64,000 bases of DNA from an uncultured Verrucomicrobiae bacterium (GTDB taxonomy: Bacteria; Verrucomicrobiota; Verrucomicrobiia; Opitutales; JABDGR01), in NCBI GenBank assembly GCA_963765205.1, contig CAVXVB010000009.1, forward strand, positions 576,001 through 640,000, given 5' to 3'. Each line of letters begins with the position of its first letter. The first letter of the stretch is position 1. Both the position numbers and the translations under genes were made by a program. The notes under the pieces were generated by a model that was given only the letters and a program-made list of their open reading frames with translations, made no database searches and had not been told where the DNA came from. Positions 53,401 through 61,989 of this stretch are shown piece by piece.

Positions 53401-54450
53401 GGTCGTGGTCACCAGAGTGTCCACCACGTCAGTCGGTTCTTGGGCAATCGTAGCAAGGTCGCGGGCGGGAGATTCTGCTCGTGCCATTGTTTCCGGTGCC
53501 GCCGGGGCGGTCCAGTTGGCGGGGGCATAGGGTGAGGATGCAAGCAGGGATTGGATTGGCGTTTCGCCCGTCTCAACGATGACATCCTGGGCCAAGCCAG
53601 AATATCCCGTGCCCGCTGGCGCGGCGGCAGTCGGCGAGCCATTTTGCGCCGCGTCCTTAGCCACGGAGTCCACCAATTCCTGCGCGGACATCACTTGCGA
53701 GGTGATGAGTTTGTTCGCCATCTGTTGGCCCACGGCCAGGGTTCCCCCCGAGACAAATTCGCCCGCCAAGGCCACGGCTGGCGGGATCGGGGGGGAGGTG
53801 GCCGGCGGTATTATCCCGGGAGGGGGAGAAATGGAACGGGGGCGCGAAGCGGCAGGGGTATTGACCAGGGCCAAAGCGCCTTGGACGGAAGGCTTCGCAG
53901 GAGTAGCGCTCGGGGTATTCGCCGCGCCGGCCATTTCGCCTTGGTGTCCTCCGGGCAGGGCTTTGCTCATGCCCAAGGGAGAGGTCACTGTGTAAATCAC
54001 AGGAATCAGGACGGCCAGCAAAAGCAGCGCGGCCGCCGCCGCGAGGAAGAGGTTGCGATGGGCGCGGTAAAAGGCGGGAAAGCCGCGCGCGATTTTCTTA
54101 CGGGCAGGCGCCCCTTCGACAAGCTCAGGGCGGGTGGGCGGGTCGGCGGCGAACAGCTTGGCTAGGCGCGCGGCGCGGTCGGGGCTGAGGTGCTCGGGGA
54201 TGCCTTCAATAATCGGGAGCGCGGCGGCGGTGCGCTCGTCATCAAAAGTGTTTTTGAAGGCAAGCACTGCGGTTTCGATGTGGCGGTAGTGCGCGGCCAG
54301 CTCCGGGTCGGCGGCGAGGCGCGCGCGGAGCATCTCGGCCTCGAATTCCCCCGCCTCGCCGAGGGCCAGCGCGGCGAGGCGCGCCTCCAACTCCTCGCGC
54401 GGGCTGGGCGCGGAGGGCGGAAAACCATCGTTGGGTGGCAGCGGGTTCAT
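50419..54450 (-). CDS. Anti-sigma-like membrane protein with autotransporter-associated beta-strand repeats and a YfbK-like VWA domain
   Basis: LAALALGE...ADPELAA N-terminus, TM, NTYGGATTVSGGTL and KAGAGTLALNGNDTYTGGTTISGGEV repeats, STFALNVSDASY, MIDAS DGSGSM, GGTN, LLTDG. Confidence 0.88.
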   Translation of the reverse strand: MNPLPPNDGFPPSAPSPREELEARLAALALGEAGEFEAEMLRARLAADPELAAHYRHIETAVLAFKNTFDDERTAAALPIIEGIPEHLSPDRAARLAKLFAADPPTRPELVEGAPARKKIARGFPAFYRAHRNLFLAAAAALLLLAVLIPVIYTVTSPLGMSKALPGGHQGEMAGAANTPSATPAKPSVQGALALVNTPAASRPRSISPPPGIIPPATSPPIPPAVALAGEFVSGGTLAVGQQMANKLITSQVMSAQELVDSVAKDAAQNGSPTAAAPAGTGYSGLAQDVIVETGETPIQSLLASSPYAPANWTAPAAPETMARAESPARDLATIAQEPTDVVDTLVTTTNGPAGFELSSPAAAEPALEAQSSPIAPLPPPPPPLLRHPRFRHLLLGLSKAAVLAEALLGVQVRARGAPAEAGAEEEAGRRAAVSAVAVAHWRAGRGQPVGRVAVVSVEDAAGVVAVLAVVAAQTDRSGTVVQSSPSGGVSVIAGQPPGGEVGGAVAFDGGVDSRSQNVNMALGDNANATLAESNTYGGATTVSGGTLTLTGSTNGLAGNIVDTTNLVFTQGAQSAFNGAINLKGGSLSLSHNTSASPNEPVTAGTDNFSGGGNAAMPVLNVSSGTLQLGSNGSVLANSNPTVSGGNFSTGTFNDRIGEVQLTGGTIAGGPTGILTSSSANDMESDSASAILGGTVGLNKTTGGTVASSGGDQQFTAGLSASGNIGGLVNVNSNPPTIGGAITFVGNYTKAGAGTLALNGNDTYTGGTTISGGEVQFGTAGILPALNSSPTSDLNTLDTNGNNVTMSTALAGVGGIIKQGSGTLTLTGNNSFIGPTANITVVGGTHSISIPLSASGVPQPPPVNAAEKSSSQLLAQNGNVTQANASTDQPINRPPNVVKFPPAIFTADNAFSTFALNVSDASYQLAWAALQNRRWPDPSSTRTEEFLNAFSYRDPAPGTGEAAAFHYDLGQNPIESGGDLLRVSYQTAAGGRDQATPLRLTILLDGSGSMTRADRVATLRAAVRALGGLLRAGDTVSLVTFARTPQVRAVSVPAERFGEIVNIMDTLVPDGGTNMEEALKTAYAIARQSFDLHAQNRVILLTDGAANLGELDPAALAGIVEENRAAGIALDAYGVGWDGYDDSTLEALTRKSDGRYAFLNGPADVNAAFAQKLAGALTPAAQDVKLQIEFNPERVVSYRLMGYNNLRLTQAQFRDNSVSAGELAAAEQGTALYNLVLNPQGAGPIGTARARYRDPGTNNFHELTWKIPYNGRPPVFDQATPSLRLAAVAGYFAEYLQQSPFAGDASPRGLLDLLRGVPEAFPNDPRPAGLVDALTTASALSGN

Positions 54451-54463
54451 AGGGTTGTGAGTG

Positions 54464-54493
54464 TTAAGACGCGCGGGGCGGAAAAAAATTAGA
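54464..54493 (-). promoter_or_regulatory. Putative ECF promoter upstream of the anti-sigma/VWA gene
   Basis: TCTAAT-N16-CGTCTTAA. Confidence 0.65.
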
Positions 54494-54538
54494 GGGAAAA
54501 ATCGCAGGAAGGATTGGAGGAGTCGGTGGGCGGATTCT

Positions 54539-55132
54539 TCAACGCAGACCGGCGCGGGTGATTTCAGTGGCGAGGCTTTTTAAGGAATGGTGGAGGATAT
54601 AGCCGACGTGGCCAACCGTCAGCCCGGTGCGGGTGGCGATTTCCTTGTAGGACAATTCCTCATAAAATTTAAGGCGTACGACTTCGCCGGCGCGGGGGTC
54701 GAGACGGCGCAGGCGGTCGAAGACCAGACGGGCGAGGCCGGCGGCTTCGAGGCGCTCGACCTCGGCGTCGGGCAGCGGCGCGGGGTCGGCGAAGGCGGGA
54801 TTCTTGTCCGTCCGCAGGCGCGGGTCGCCGTCGTTGGCCGGGTCATGGGCGTCGAAGGAAATGGTTTTGCCGGCGGCGCGGAGGGTGGTGATGGCGAGGT
54901 TGTGAACGGTGCGGTAGAGCCAGGCGGAGGGGTCGCGCACTTCACCGGAATGCAGGCGCGGATGCAGGCGCAGAAAGGCTTCCTGCACACAGTCTTGCGC
55001 GGAGTCGCTGTGGCGGGTCAGGCGTATGGCGTAGGCGAGCAGGGGAGTCTCCAAGTCGCGAAAAAGCTCCTCCAGCCGGCGCGGGGGCGCGGGTTGAGCA
55101 ATGTCTCCCTTGGGTGGGGGGCAAATCTCCAT
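54539..55132 (-). CDS. ECF sigma factor
   Basis: AQDCVQEAFLRL, WLYRTVHNLA, LKFYEELSYKEIA. Confidence 0.93.
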   Translation of the reverse strand: MEICPPPKGDIAQPAPPRRLEELFRDLETPLLAYAIRLTRHSDSAQDCVQEAFLRLHPRLHSGEVRDPSAWLYRTVHNLAITTLRAAGKTISFDAHDPANDGDPRLRTDKNPAFADPAPLPDAEVERLEAAGLARLVFDRLRRLDPRAGEVVRLKFYEELSYKEIATRTGLTVGHVGYILHHSLKSLATEITRAGLR

Positions 55133-55194
55133 GCGGGGTGGCATCAAGGCCGGCGGCCCTTGCCAGGGACCGAGCGGGGATGGGTGCTTGGGGG

Positions 55195-55224
55195 TAATGA
55201 CGGGGGCGGGGTGGGTTTCTTAGA
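55195..55224 (-). promoter_or_regulatory. Putative autoregulated ECF promoter upstream of the sigma gene
   Basis: TCTAAG-N16-CGTCATTA, same motif and spacing as 54464-54493. Confidence 0.65.
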
Positions 55225-55242
55225 AAATAAAGTAAAAGATTT

Positions 55243-56511
55243 TCAGGGGCTGGCGGAGGCGGGCGAGCTGAGCAGTCGTGGATCCATGCTGGAGGACGTG
55301 AGGAACACCAATTGCGAGAAGTAGAGGCGCACGGGGTAGAAGTCGGGCGCCCAGGTTTGGTGGATGGTGCGTTTTTGGCCGTCGGCGGAGATGCTCAACT
55401 CGGCGGTGCTCGGGTAGGGGGTGGACGACGCGGGCGGCTCGGCGGCGGTGAAAAATTTGTTGTCGGTTAGAAGTTTGCGCAACGCGACGATGAGTTCCGC
55501 ACTGAGTTGGAAATCGCGCTCGACGGACACGGTGCGTTTGAGAACAATGCGGGCCAGCCCGGCGCGGTCCAGAGTCACCGTGGCCTCGTCGTAAGCGGCG
55601 TGCGAACCCGGGTTTTCGTGATAGATGACTTCCGGGCAATTCGGGTCGGCGGCGGGCAGGGCGGGCGGCGGCTGGCCGGACAGGATGGCGGCCTGCGCTT
55701 CGAGGCGTGGGTGGTTGGCGGCGAACCATTTTTGCGCGTCGGCGAGGGTTTGCTGGTTTTTGACGGATGATTTGTCAAAGAAATATGAGGCGAGGTCGCG
55801 CAGGTCGGTGCTGGCGTCGCCTTGGCCGAGATTTTTTTCGAGAGCCAGCGCGGCGCGCGGGTCGCCACTGACGGCGAGCACGTGCGCCCAGAATTTGCGG
55901 TCGTCTGCGTTTTTCGCCTGCCGATACCAATCAAGCACCCGGGACACCGACCAGGGGCGGGAGAAACCGGCGAGTTTTTCCGTTTCATCGGCGGTCAGGC
56001 CGATCATGTCGCGCAAGTCCGCTTCGCCGAGACTTATATAACCATCGCCCAAATCGTAGAGTTGCTGGACGATGGGCGGTGGGTTGACCCGGTTGTATTG
56101 GGTAATCTGCACCGGGACGCCCACGTGGTGCGCGACAAGCACGCATTGCCGCATGGGAAAAGCCTCTTGCGTGGGCGGCAGCGCGGTGAGGATTTGCCGT
56201 AGCGCCGCGATTTTATCGACGTTGAGTTCGCCGGGGCTGGGGTGCTTGTTCACACGGGCGGCGTCATGGGTATCGCGCACGGTTTCGACCGAGCCGGTGC
56301 GGAGGTCAATGATCATGCGCCAGCCGATCTGTAGGTCATTGTTGGGAAACCATACGCAACGGATTTCGTCCGGCCTGCAATCCGCCAGGAAGAAGCGGAA
56401 ATACATTTCCATGGCGTAGTCCTGTTGGTAGATGGCGACGTTCTGCGCCGCCAGCGGCAAGGCGGAAGCCGCCAGCAGCAGTCCCAGCCAAAATACGCGA
56501 AATATTTTCAT
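55243..56511 (-). CDS. Hypothetical exported protein
   Basis: Signal peptide MKIFRVFWLGLLLAASALPLAA; about 422 aa. Confidence 0.7.
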   Translation of the reverse strand: MKIFRVFWLGLLLAASALPLAAQNVAIYQQDYAMEMYFRFFLADCRPDEIRCVWFPNNDLQIGWRMIIDLRTGSVETVRDTHDAARVNKHPSPGELNVDKIAALRQILTALPPTQEAFPMRQCVLVAHHVGVPVQITQYNRVNPPPIVQQLYDLGDGYISLGEADLRDMIGLTADETEKLAGFSRPWSVSRVLDWYRQAKNADDRKFWAHVLAVSGDPRAALALEKNLGQGDASTDLRDLASYFFDKSSVKNQQTLADAQKWFAANHPRLEAQAAILSGQPPPALPAADPNCPEVIYHENPGSHAAYDEATVTLDRAGLARIVLKRTVSVERDFQLSAELIVALRKLLTDNKFFTAAEPPASSTPYPSTAELSISADGQKRTIHQTWAPDFYPVRLYFSQLVFLTSSSMDPRLLSSPASASP

Positions 56512-56630
56512 CAGAATCGGCGGCGGGGAATCTTGCTTCCCACATAAACCCCGCTTACCGCCCAGTGTGGCGTGGAAAATGCAGCGCGCCAAGGGGATTT
56601 CCCGGCGCGGCTATGGCGGGCGGATTCTTT

Positions 56631-57545
56631 TTAACCCGCCATATTTTCCGGATATTCGCCCGCGTCGTGCAGCGCTTTCAGCGCGGCTTGCACGGCGGGC
56701 TTGTCCTCTTGATATGTGACGCCGCACCAGCGGGCGTTCGTTGTGAGCACGCGCGCACGCGCCTGACCGAGGGCGAGCAGTTGGCCGATCACGCCGGGTA
56801 GATAGCATTCTGTTTTCAAATCGGCGCCGCAGGTTTGCAGAAAGCGCGTGAATTGCGTTTCAAGTTGCGGGAAAATCGCGGGCGTCAGCGCCCAGCAGTT
56901 CATCGAAACCACGGTGTCGGCGGGAAAATACACGGGCGTGCCATCGGCCATTTTGCCCAGCGCGCCCCCGGCCGGGTCGGGTGCGAGCGCAGTTTGTTCC
57001 TCGATGGAGAGGAGGAAACCGCTGGCATCCGTGCGGCACACGCCGCGGGCCACCGTTCCGTGCGCGGAGAGCGTCGCGCCGAGCCGGTAGCCCACCAGTG
57101 CGTATTCAGGCGCATGCAACGGCGCGGCGCGCAGATAATCGGTGAGCTGGTGGAAGGCGTCCGCGCCGTAAAAATCGTCGGCATTGACGACCGCGAACGG
57201 TCCGTCCACCGCCTGGCGCGTGCACCAGACGGCGTGCGTCGTCCCCCAGGGTTTTTCGCGGCCGGGCGGCGGCGTGAAGCCGCCCGGCAACTCGCGCAGG
57301 TCCTGCATCACATAATCCACGGCGAGACCGGTCCGCGCAAGGGAAATCTGGGCGATTCGTGTGCGAAAGGCGTCGGCAAAATCGCGCCGGATGATGAAGA
57401 CGATTTTGCCAAAACCGGCGCGGTGCGCGTCGAAGATCGAGTAGTCGAGGATGGTCTGCCCCTGCGGCCCAAGCGGGTCCATTTGCTTGAGGCCGCCATA
57501 GCGGCTGCCCAGTCCGGCGGCGAGGATGACGAGGGTGGGGGGCAT
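56631..57545 (-). CDS. Sugar-phosphate nucleotidyltransferase family protein
   Basis: LVILAAGLGSRYGGLKQ, REKPWGT, VNADDFYG. Confidence 0.9.
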   Translation of the reverse strand: MPPTLVILAAGLGSRYGGLKQMDPLGPQGQTILDYSIFDAHRAGFGKIVFIIRRDFADAFRTRIAQISLARTGLAVDYVMQDLRELPGGFTPPPGREKPWGTTHAVWCTRQAVDGPFAVVNADDFYGADAFHQLTDYLRAAPLHAPEYALVGYRLGATLSAHGTVARGVCRTDASGFLLSIEEQTALAPDPAGGALGKMADGTPVYFPADTVVSMNCWALTPAIFPQLETQFTRFLQTCGADLKTECYLPGVIGQLLALGQARARVLTTNARWCGVTYQEDKPAVQAALKALHDAGEYPENMAG

Positions 57546-57555
57546 GGGGCAATGT

Positions 57556-57678
57556 AGAATGAAAAATGGAAAATGGAAAATGGAAAAAGAAGATGAATGC
57601 TGAATAAACTCCTTGCTCCCCGCTCCCTGCTCCGCGCTCGACGCTTTTTCCATCTTCCATTTTCCATCTTCCATTCTT
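57556..57678. repeat. Inverted heptamer arrays (AAAATGG / TTCCATY) enclosing a third heptamer array
   Basis: aaaatgg array, inner ctccttg ctccccg ctccctg ctccgcg, then ttccatc ttccatt ttccatc ttccatt. Confidence 0.8.
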
Positions 57679-57689
57679 ATAACCATTTC

Positions 57690-58640
57690 ATGCGCGTGCA
57701 ATTGGAAGCCGTGGTCGAGGAACTCCGCCGTTGGCGGTCGGAGGGAACCACGCAAGTCTATGTCGGCGAGGAAACGCTTGCGCGCTTGCGCGCAGCAGTG
57801 GGGCGACGGTCGGACTCCGCGGCAGTCGCGCAGCCAGAACCGCTCTCTTTCACTCCTAAACCAACTATTGTTCCTGTTCTTCCCATTCCTCCCATTTCTC
57901 CCACACCCGCGCCACGCGCGCCAGCGGCTTCCGCTCCTGCAACCGGCCTGCGCTGGGATGGCAAACCCATTGAGCCGATTCCAGCACCCCCGGTCATCAA
58001 TTTACCGCCGGGATCGAAGATCGAGCAAATGAACTGGCTGCGCGAGCGCGTGCTGGCCTGCCCGGTGTGCAACGCCCATCTGCGGCCGGGGCGAAAGCTG
58101 GTCTTTGGCGTCGGCACGCCGGAGGCGGAGATATTTTTCTGCGGCGAAGGCCCGGGCGCGGAAGAGGAGCAGCAGGGCGAGCCGTTTGTCGGCCCGGCGG
58201 GACAGTTGCTGACCAAAATCATCCAGGCGATGGGCCTCACGCGCGACAAGGTTTACATCGCGAACGTGATGAAATGGCGGCCCGAAATTCCCACGGATTA
58301 CAACAACCGCGAGCCGACGCCGGAGGAGGTCGCCTTCAACCTGCCGTTTTTGCGCGCGCAATTGGCCATCGTGCAACCCAAGGTCATCGTCGCGCTGGGC
58401 AACACCGCGATCAACGCTCTGCTCGGGTCTGATCCCACCCGCAAGATGAAGGACATCCGCGGCCAATGGGCGGAGTTCGACGGCGTGCCGCTGATGTTCA
58501 CCTACCATCCATCGTATTTGCTGCGCAACTCGGCCCTCTCGTCCAAACGGCAAGTTTGGGTGGCGATGTTGGCCGTGATGGAGCGCGTCGGCCTGCCCAT
58601 CAGTGAAAAGCAGCGGGGGTTCTTTTTGGGGAAGGGATGA
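57690..58640 (+). CDS. Uracil-DNA glycosylase, family 4
   Basis: [34 protein letters not shown]. Confidence 0.92.
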   Translation: MRVQLEAVVEELRRWRSEGTTQVYVGEETLARLRAAVGRRSDSAAVAQPEPLSFTPKPTIVPVLPIPPISPTPAPRAPAASAPATGLRWDGKPIEPIPAPPVINLPPGSKIEQMNWLRERVLACPVCNAHLRPGRKLVFGVGTPEAEIFFCGEGPGAEEEQQGEPFVGPAGQLLTKIIQAMGLTRDKVYIANVMKWRPEIPTDYNNREPTPEEVAFNLPFLRAQLAIVQPKVIVALGNTAINALLGSDPTRKMKDIRGQWAEFDGVPLMFTYHPSYLLRNSALSSKRQVWVAMLAVMERVGLPISEKQRGFFLGKG

Positions 58641-58642
58641 AG

Positions 58643-58785
58643 AAGATGAAAGATGAAAGATGAAAGATGAAAGATGAAAGATGAAAGATGAAAGATGAAA
58701 GATGAAAGATGAAGGTGGAGCTTGGCAAAAAACATGAAAAGTCGAGTGGATTTTGCTTCATCCCTCATCCCTCATCCCTCATTCT
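58643..58785. repeat. (AAGATGA)10 heptamer array with inverted TCATCCC array
   Basis: Ten perfect copies at 58643-58712; tcatccc x3 from about 58758. Confidence 0.9.
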
Positions 58786-58793
58786 TCCCACCC

Positions 58794-59954
58794 ATGCCTT
58801 TCAACTTCTCCACGCCACTTGACCGCCGGAACACCGGCAGCCTCAAATGGGACAAATATGCGGGCCGCGACATCCTGCCGCTCTGGGTCGCGGACATGGA
58901 TTTTTTGTCGCCCCCCGTAGTCATCGAGGCCCTGCGCGCGCGCGCGGAACACGGGATTTACGGCTACACCGCGCCGACTGACGAGGCCCGGCAAGCGGTC
59001 GTGGATTATTTGCGAGAGCGGTATTTTTATGACATTCAGCCCGAGTGGATTGTGTGGTCGCACGGGCTGGTGCCGGCGCTGAGCATCGCCTGCCGCGCGT
59101 ATGCCAAGGAAGGCGAGGGCGTGCTGGTTTGCACCCCCATTTACCCGCCGATGCTCTCCTGCCCGGTGAATATGGGGCGCAGGTTGATTCCCGTGCCGCT
59201 GAAACTGGCCGGCAAGCAATGGGAATTCGACTGGCCCGCGCTGGAAAAGGCCGTCGCGCCCGACACGCGGATTTTCATTTTATGCAGTCCGCACAATCCC
59301 GTGGGCCGGCTGTGGACGCGCGCGGAACTCGCGCAAGTCGCGCAATTTTGCGCGAAGCATAACCTCGTCCTTGTCTCTGACGAAATCCATTGCGACCTTG
59401 TGCTCGACGACGACGCGCGGCACACCGTCACGGCCTCCTTGGGGCCGGAAGTCGAGGCGCGCACCGTCACGCAAATGGCCGCGAGCAAGACGTATAATCT
59501 ACCGGGGCTGGCCTGCGCCTTCAGCGTTATCGCCGATCCGAAATTGCGCGCGGCCTTTGTGCGCGCAGCGCAGGGGTTGGTCACGGAAATCAATGCCTTC
59601 GGCTACGCAGGCACCATTGCTGCTTTCCGCCACGGCGAACCCTGGCGGCGCGAGCTGGTCGCCTATTTGCGCGGCAACCGCGATTTTATGTATGAGTTCA
59701 TCCAAACCCGCCTGCCGGAATTGAAGCTCGTCCCCATGCAGGCAACCTATCTGGCGTGGATTGACGCGCGCGCGCTGGGCGTCGAGAACCTTCAAAAGTT
59801 TTTCGAGGACGCGGGTGTGGGCCTTTCGCCCGGATTCATCTTTGGCGAAGCCGGGCGCGGTTTCGTGCGGCTGAATTTCGGCTGCCCCCGCGCCACCCTC
59901 GAAGAAGCCCTGCGACGCATGGAGCGGGCAGTGCGTAGCGGCCGGGAAAAGTGA
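58794..59954 (+). CDS. patB: PatB/MalY-family cystathionine beta-lyase
   Basis: SLKWD, PLWVADMDF, LCSPHNPVGR, SDEIH, ASKTYNLPGL, RLNFGCPR. Confidence 0.9.
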   Translation: MPFNFSTPLDRRNTGSLKWDKYAGRDILPLWVADMDFLSPPVVIEALRARAEHGIYGYTAPTDEARQAVVDYLRERYFYDIQPEWIVWSHGLVPALSIACRAYAKEGEGVLVCTPIYPPMLSCPVNMGRRLIPVPLKLAGKQWEFDWPALEKAVAPDTRIFILCSPHNPVGRLWTRAELAQVAQFCAKHNLVLVSDEIHCDLVLDDDARHTVTASLGPEVEARTVTQMAASKTYNLPGLACAFSVIADPKLRAAFVRAAQGLVTEINAFGYAGTIAAFRHGEPWRRELVAYLRGNRDFMYEFIQTRLPELKLVPMQATYLAWIDARALGVENLQKFFEDAGVGLSPGFIFGEAGRGFVRLNFGCPRATLEEALRRMERAVRSGREK

Positions 59955-59982
59955 AGTGGTGCCATTGTCGAGGATTCGTTCC

Positions 59983-60750
59983 ATGGCCTCCGTCAATTAT
60001 TTTTCTTACCCAGCAGCGGCGGCGCGCTACGCCAAATTCCGGCCGTATTTTCATCCGCTCGCGATGGAACGCCTCGTGCGCTTCACGGGTTGCGCGCGGT
60101 TCGGCCACGCGCTGGATGTCGCCTGCGGCACCGGGCTTTCAACCCGGGCGATCGCCGAGGTGGCCGACCAGGTGACAGCGGTGGACAACTCCGCGCCCAT
60201 GCTGGCGCAGGCGCCCGTTTTGCCCAACGTCACCTACCAGCACGCCGCCGCCGAGGCCCTACCGTTTCCTGGGGAAGCATTCGACCTCATCGCCGTCGGC
60301 CTGGCCTTCCATTGGTTCGACCAGGACCAGTTCCTGCGCGAAGCCGCCCGCGTGCTGAAGCCGGGCGGTTGGCTGTTCATTTATAATAACATGTTCATGG
60401 GGGCGATGAGTGGCTGCCCGGAATTCAAAAAATGGGTGGATGAAGTTTATCTGGCGAAATACGTCACGCCGCCGCGCGTGCGTAAAAGAATTACCGTGGC
60501 CTCCGCGAACGCGTTCGGCTTCGAGTTGGCCGGGCGGGAAAATTTCCCGAACGAGGTGGTCATGACGCGCGAACAACTCGTCGGCTATTTTCTGTCCCAA
60601 AGCAATGTCATTGCTTTCGTCGAGCAGGGGAGCGAGGCGTTGGATGATGTGGCCGCGTGGCTGGACGAGGGCGTCGCACCCTTTTTCGAGCAGCCCACCC
60701 GCATCATGCAATTCGGCAGCGATGCCTGGTATCTGCGGAAGCAAGGATGA
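59983..60750 (+). CDS. Class I SAM-dependent methyltransferase
   Basis: ALDVACGTG, AEALPF, AFHWFD. Confidence 0.9.
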   Translation: MASVNYFSYPAAAARYAKFRPYFHPLAMERLVRFTGCARFGHALDVACGTGLSTRAIAEVADQVTAVDNSAPMLAQAPVLPNVTYQHAAAEALPFPGEAFDLIAVGLAFHWFDQDQFLREAARVLKPGGWLFIYNNMFMGAMSGCPEFKKWVDEVYLAKYVTPPRVRKRITVASANAFGFELAGRENFPNEVVMTREQLVGYFLSQSNVIAFVEQGSEALDDVAAWLDEGVAPFFEQPTRIMQFGSDAWYLRKQG

Positions 60751-60819
60751 GCGTGAAGCAGCAGCAATCCCTCCGGGTTTTAGCTTGCGGCGGGACGGCA
60801 GAATGAAGAAGCTCAGACC

Positions 60820-61251
60820 ATGGGTTATGCGCATGCCACGATCAGCTTGAAGAATCCGCGGGAGCCGTCGCTTGCGGCCGTCACGGTTGACGCGTTGGCG
60901 GACACCGGTTCGCTGCATCTTTGCATCCCCCGCCATCTGGCCATTCAATTGCATCTTGAGAAAATCTACGAGCGCGAGGTGACGACCGCCGACGGCCGCA
61001 AGCACTTGTGTTCCTACGTCGGGCCGCTGCAAGTCATTTTTGGGAATCGCGGGTGTTTTGGGGGCGCGATTATACTCGGCGACCAAGTCTTGCTGGGCGC
61101 CGTGCAGATGGAGGACATGGATTTGGTGGTGTCGCCGCCACGGCGCAAAGTCATTCCCAATCCGGATTCGCCCAACATCCCGACCGCCCTGGCCAAGGGT
61201 TTGCCGTCGGCGCGGCGCGGTGGGAAATCAAAACGGCGTTTGAAAAGGTAA
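60820..61251 (+). CDS. Clan AA aspartic protease-like protein
   Basis: ALADTGS, LLGAVQMEDMDLVV. Confidence 0.85.
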   Translation: MGYAHATISLKNPREPSLAAVTVDALADTGSLHLCIPRHLAIQLHLEKIYEREVTTADGRKHLCSYVGPLQVIFGNRGCFGGAIILGDQVLLGAVQMEDMDLVVSPPRRKVIPNPDSPNIPTALAKGLPSARRGGKSKRRLKR

Positions 61252-61406
61252 ATTGACACTGATGCGGCAGAGCGCCACAAAAGCGCATTAACGCCGAAAC
61301 AGGGGTGGAATGGTGGCTCGACGACGGCTTGGGGAATCGCCTGATTTTTCAGCGTGCCAGCGGCCATATTTTCTGTTCTAATCACCCTTTCTACACCGTT
61401 CCACCC

Positions 61407-61889
61407 ATGAATCCTGTCCTCAAATTGATGCTCGAAGGCGAGGCGCTTAGCACGGCCCAAATGGCCGAGGTGCTGCGCCTGGACACCGAGCAGGTCGAGC
61501 AGGAACTGGCGAATCTCAAGGCGCAGGGCGTGCTGCTGGGCTGGCGGCCGGTGCTCAATCCCGACTATCTTTCAGAAAACCAGGTGTTCGCGGTCATCGA
61601 GGTCAAGATCAGCCCCGAGCGCGAAGGCGGCTTCGACCGCCTGGCCATACGCATCGCGAAGTTCGAGCAGGTGCGTTCGTGCTATTTGATGTCCGGCGCG
61701 TATGACTTGATGGTCATTGTCAGCGCGCATAATTTGCGCGAGATCGCGGCGTTTGTGTTCGAGCGCCTGGCCACGTTGCACGGCGTGGTCTCGACGGCGA
61801 CGCACTTCATGCTGCGCGCGTACAAGGAGCAGGGCTACCTCCTCGCGCGCGAGCACGCCCCCGCCGACAAGCCCGCCGTCAGCGCGTGA
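61407..61889 (+). CDS. Lrp/AsnC-family regulator
   Basis: N-terminal HTH; CYLMSGAYDL, STATHFML. Confidence 0.92.
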   Translation: MNPVLKLMLEGEALSTAQMAEVLRLDTEQVEQELANLKAQGVLLGWRPVLNPDYLSENQVFAVIEVKISPEREGGFDRLAIRIAKFEQVRSCYLMSGAYDLMVIVSAHNLREIAAFVFERLATLHGVVSTATHFMLRAYKEQGYLLAREHAPADKPAVSA

Positions 61890-61989
61890 AGCGGGTGACC
61901 AATTGCGCATGGGCTGTTTCGGTGAACGCCCCTTTGCATTGGCCGCGGTTTGTTTTCATCCTTCATCCCTCATCTTTCATCCTTTGCCG

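Noticed and set aside
50419..54450. Type V autotransporter
   Set aside because: Passenger-type repeats are present, but the C-terminus is a VWA module with no beta-barrel or terminal aromatic residue
58643..58712. CRISPR-like array
   Set aside because: 7-nt tandem repeat with no spacers, and no cas genes in the window
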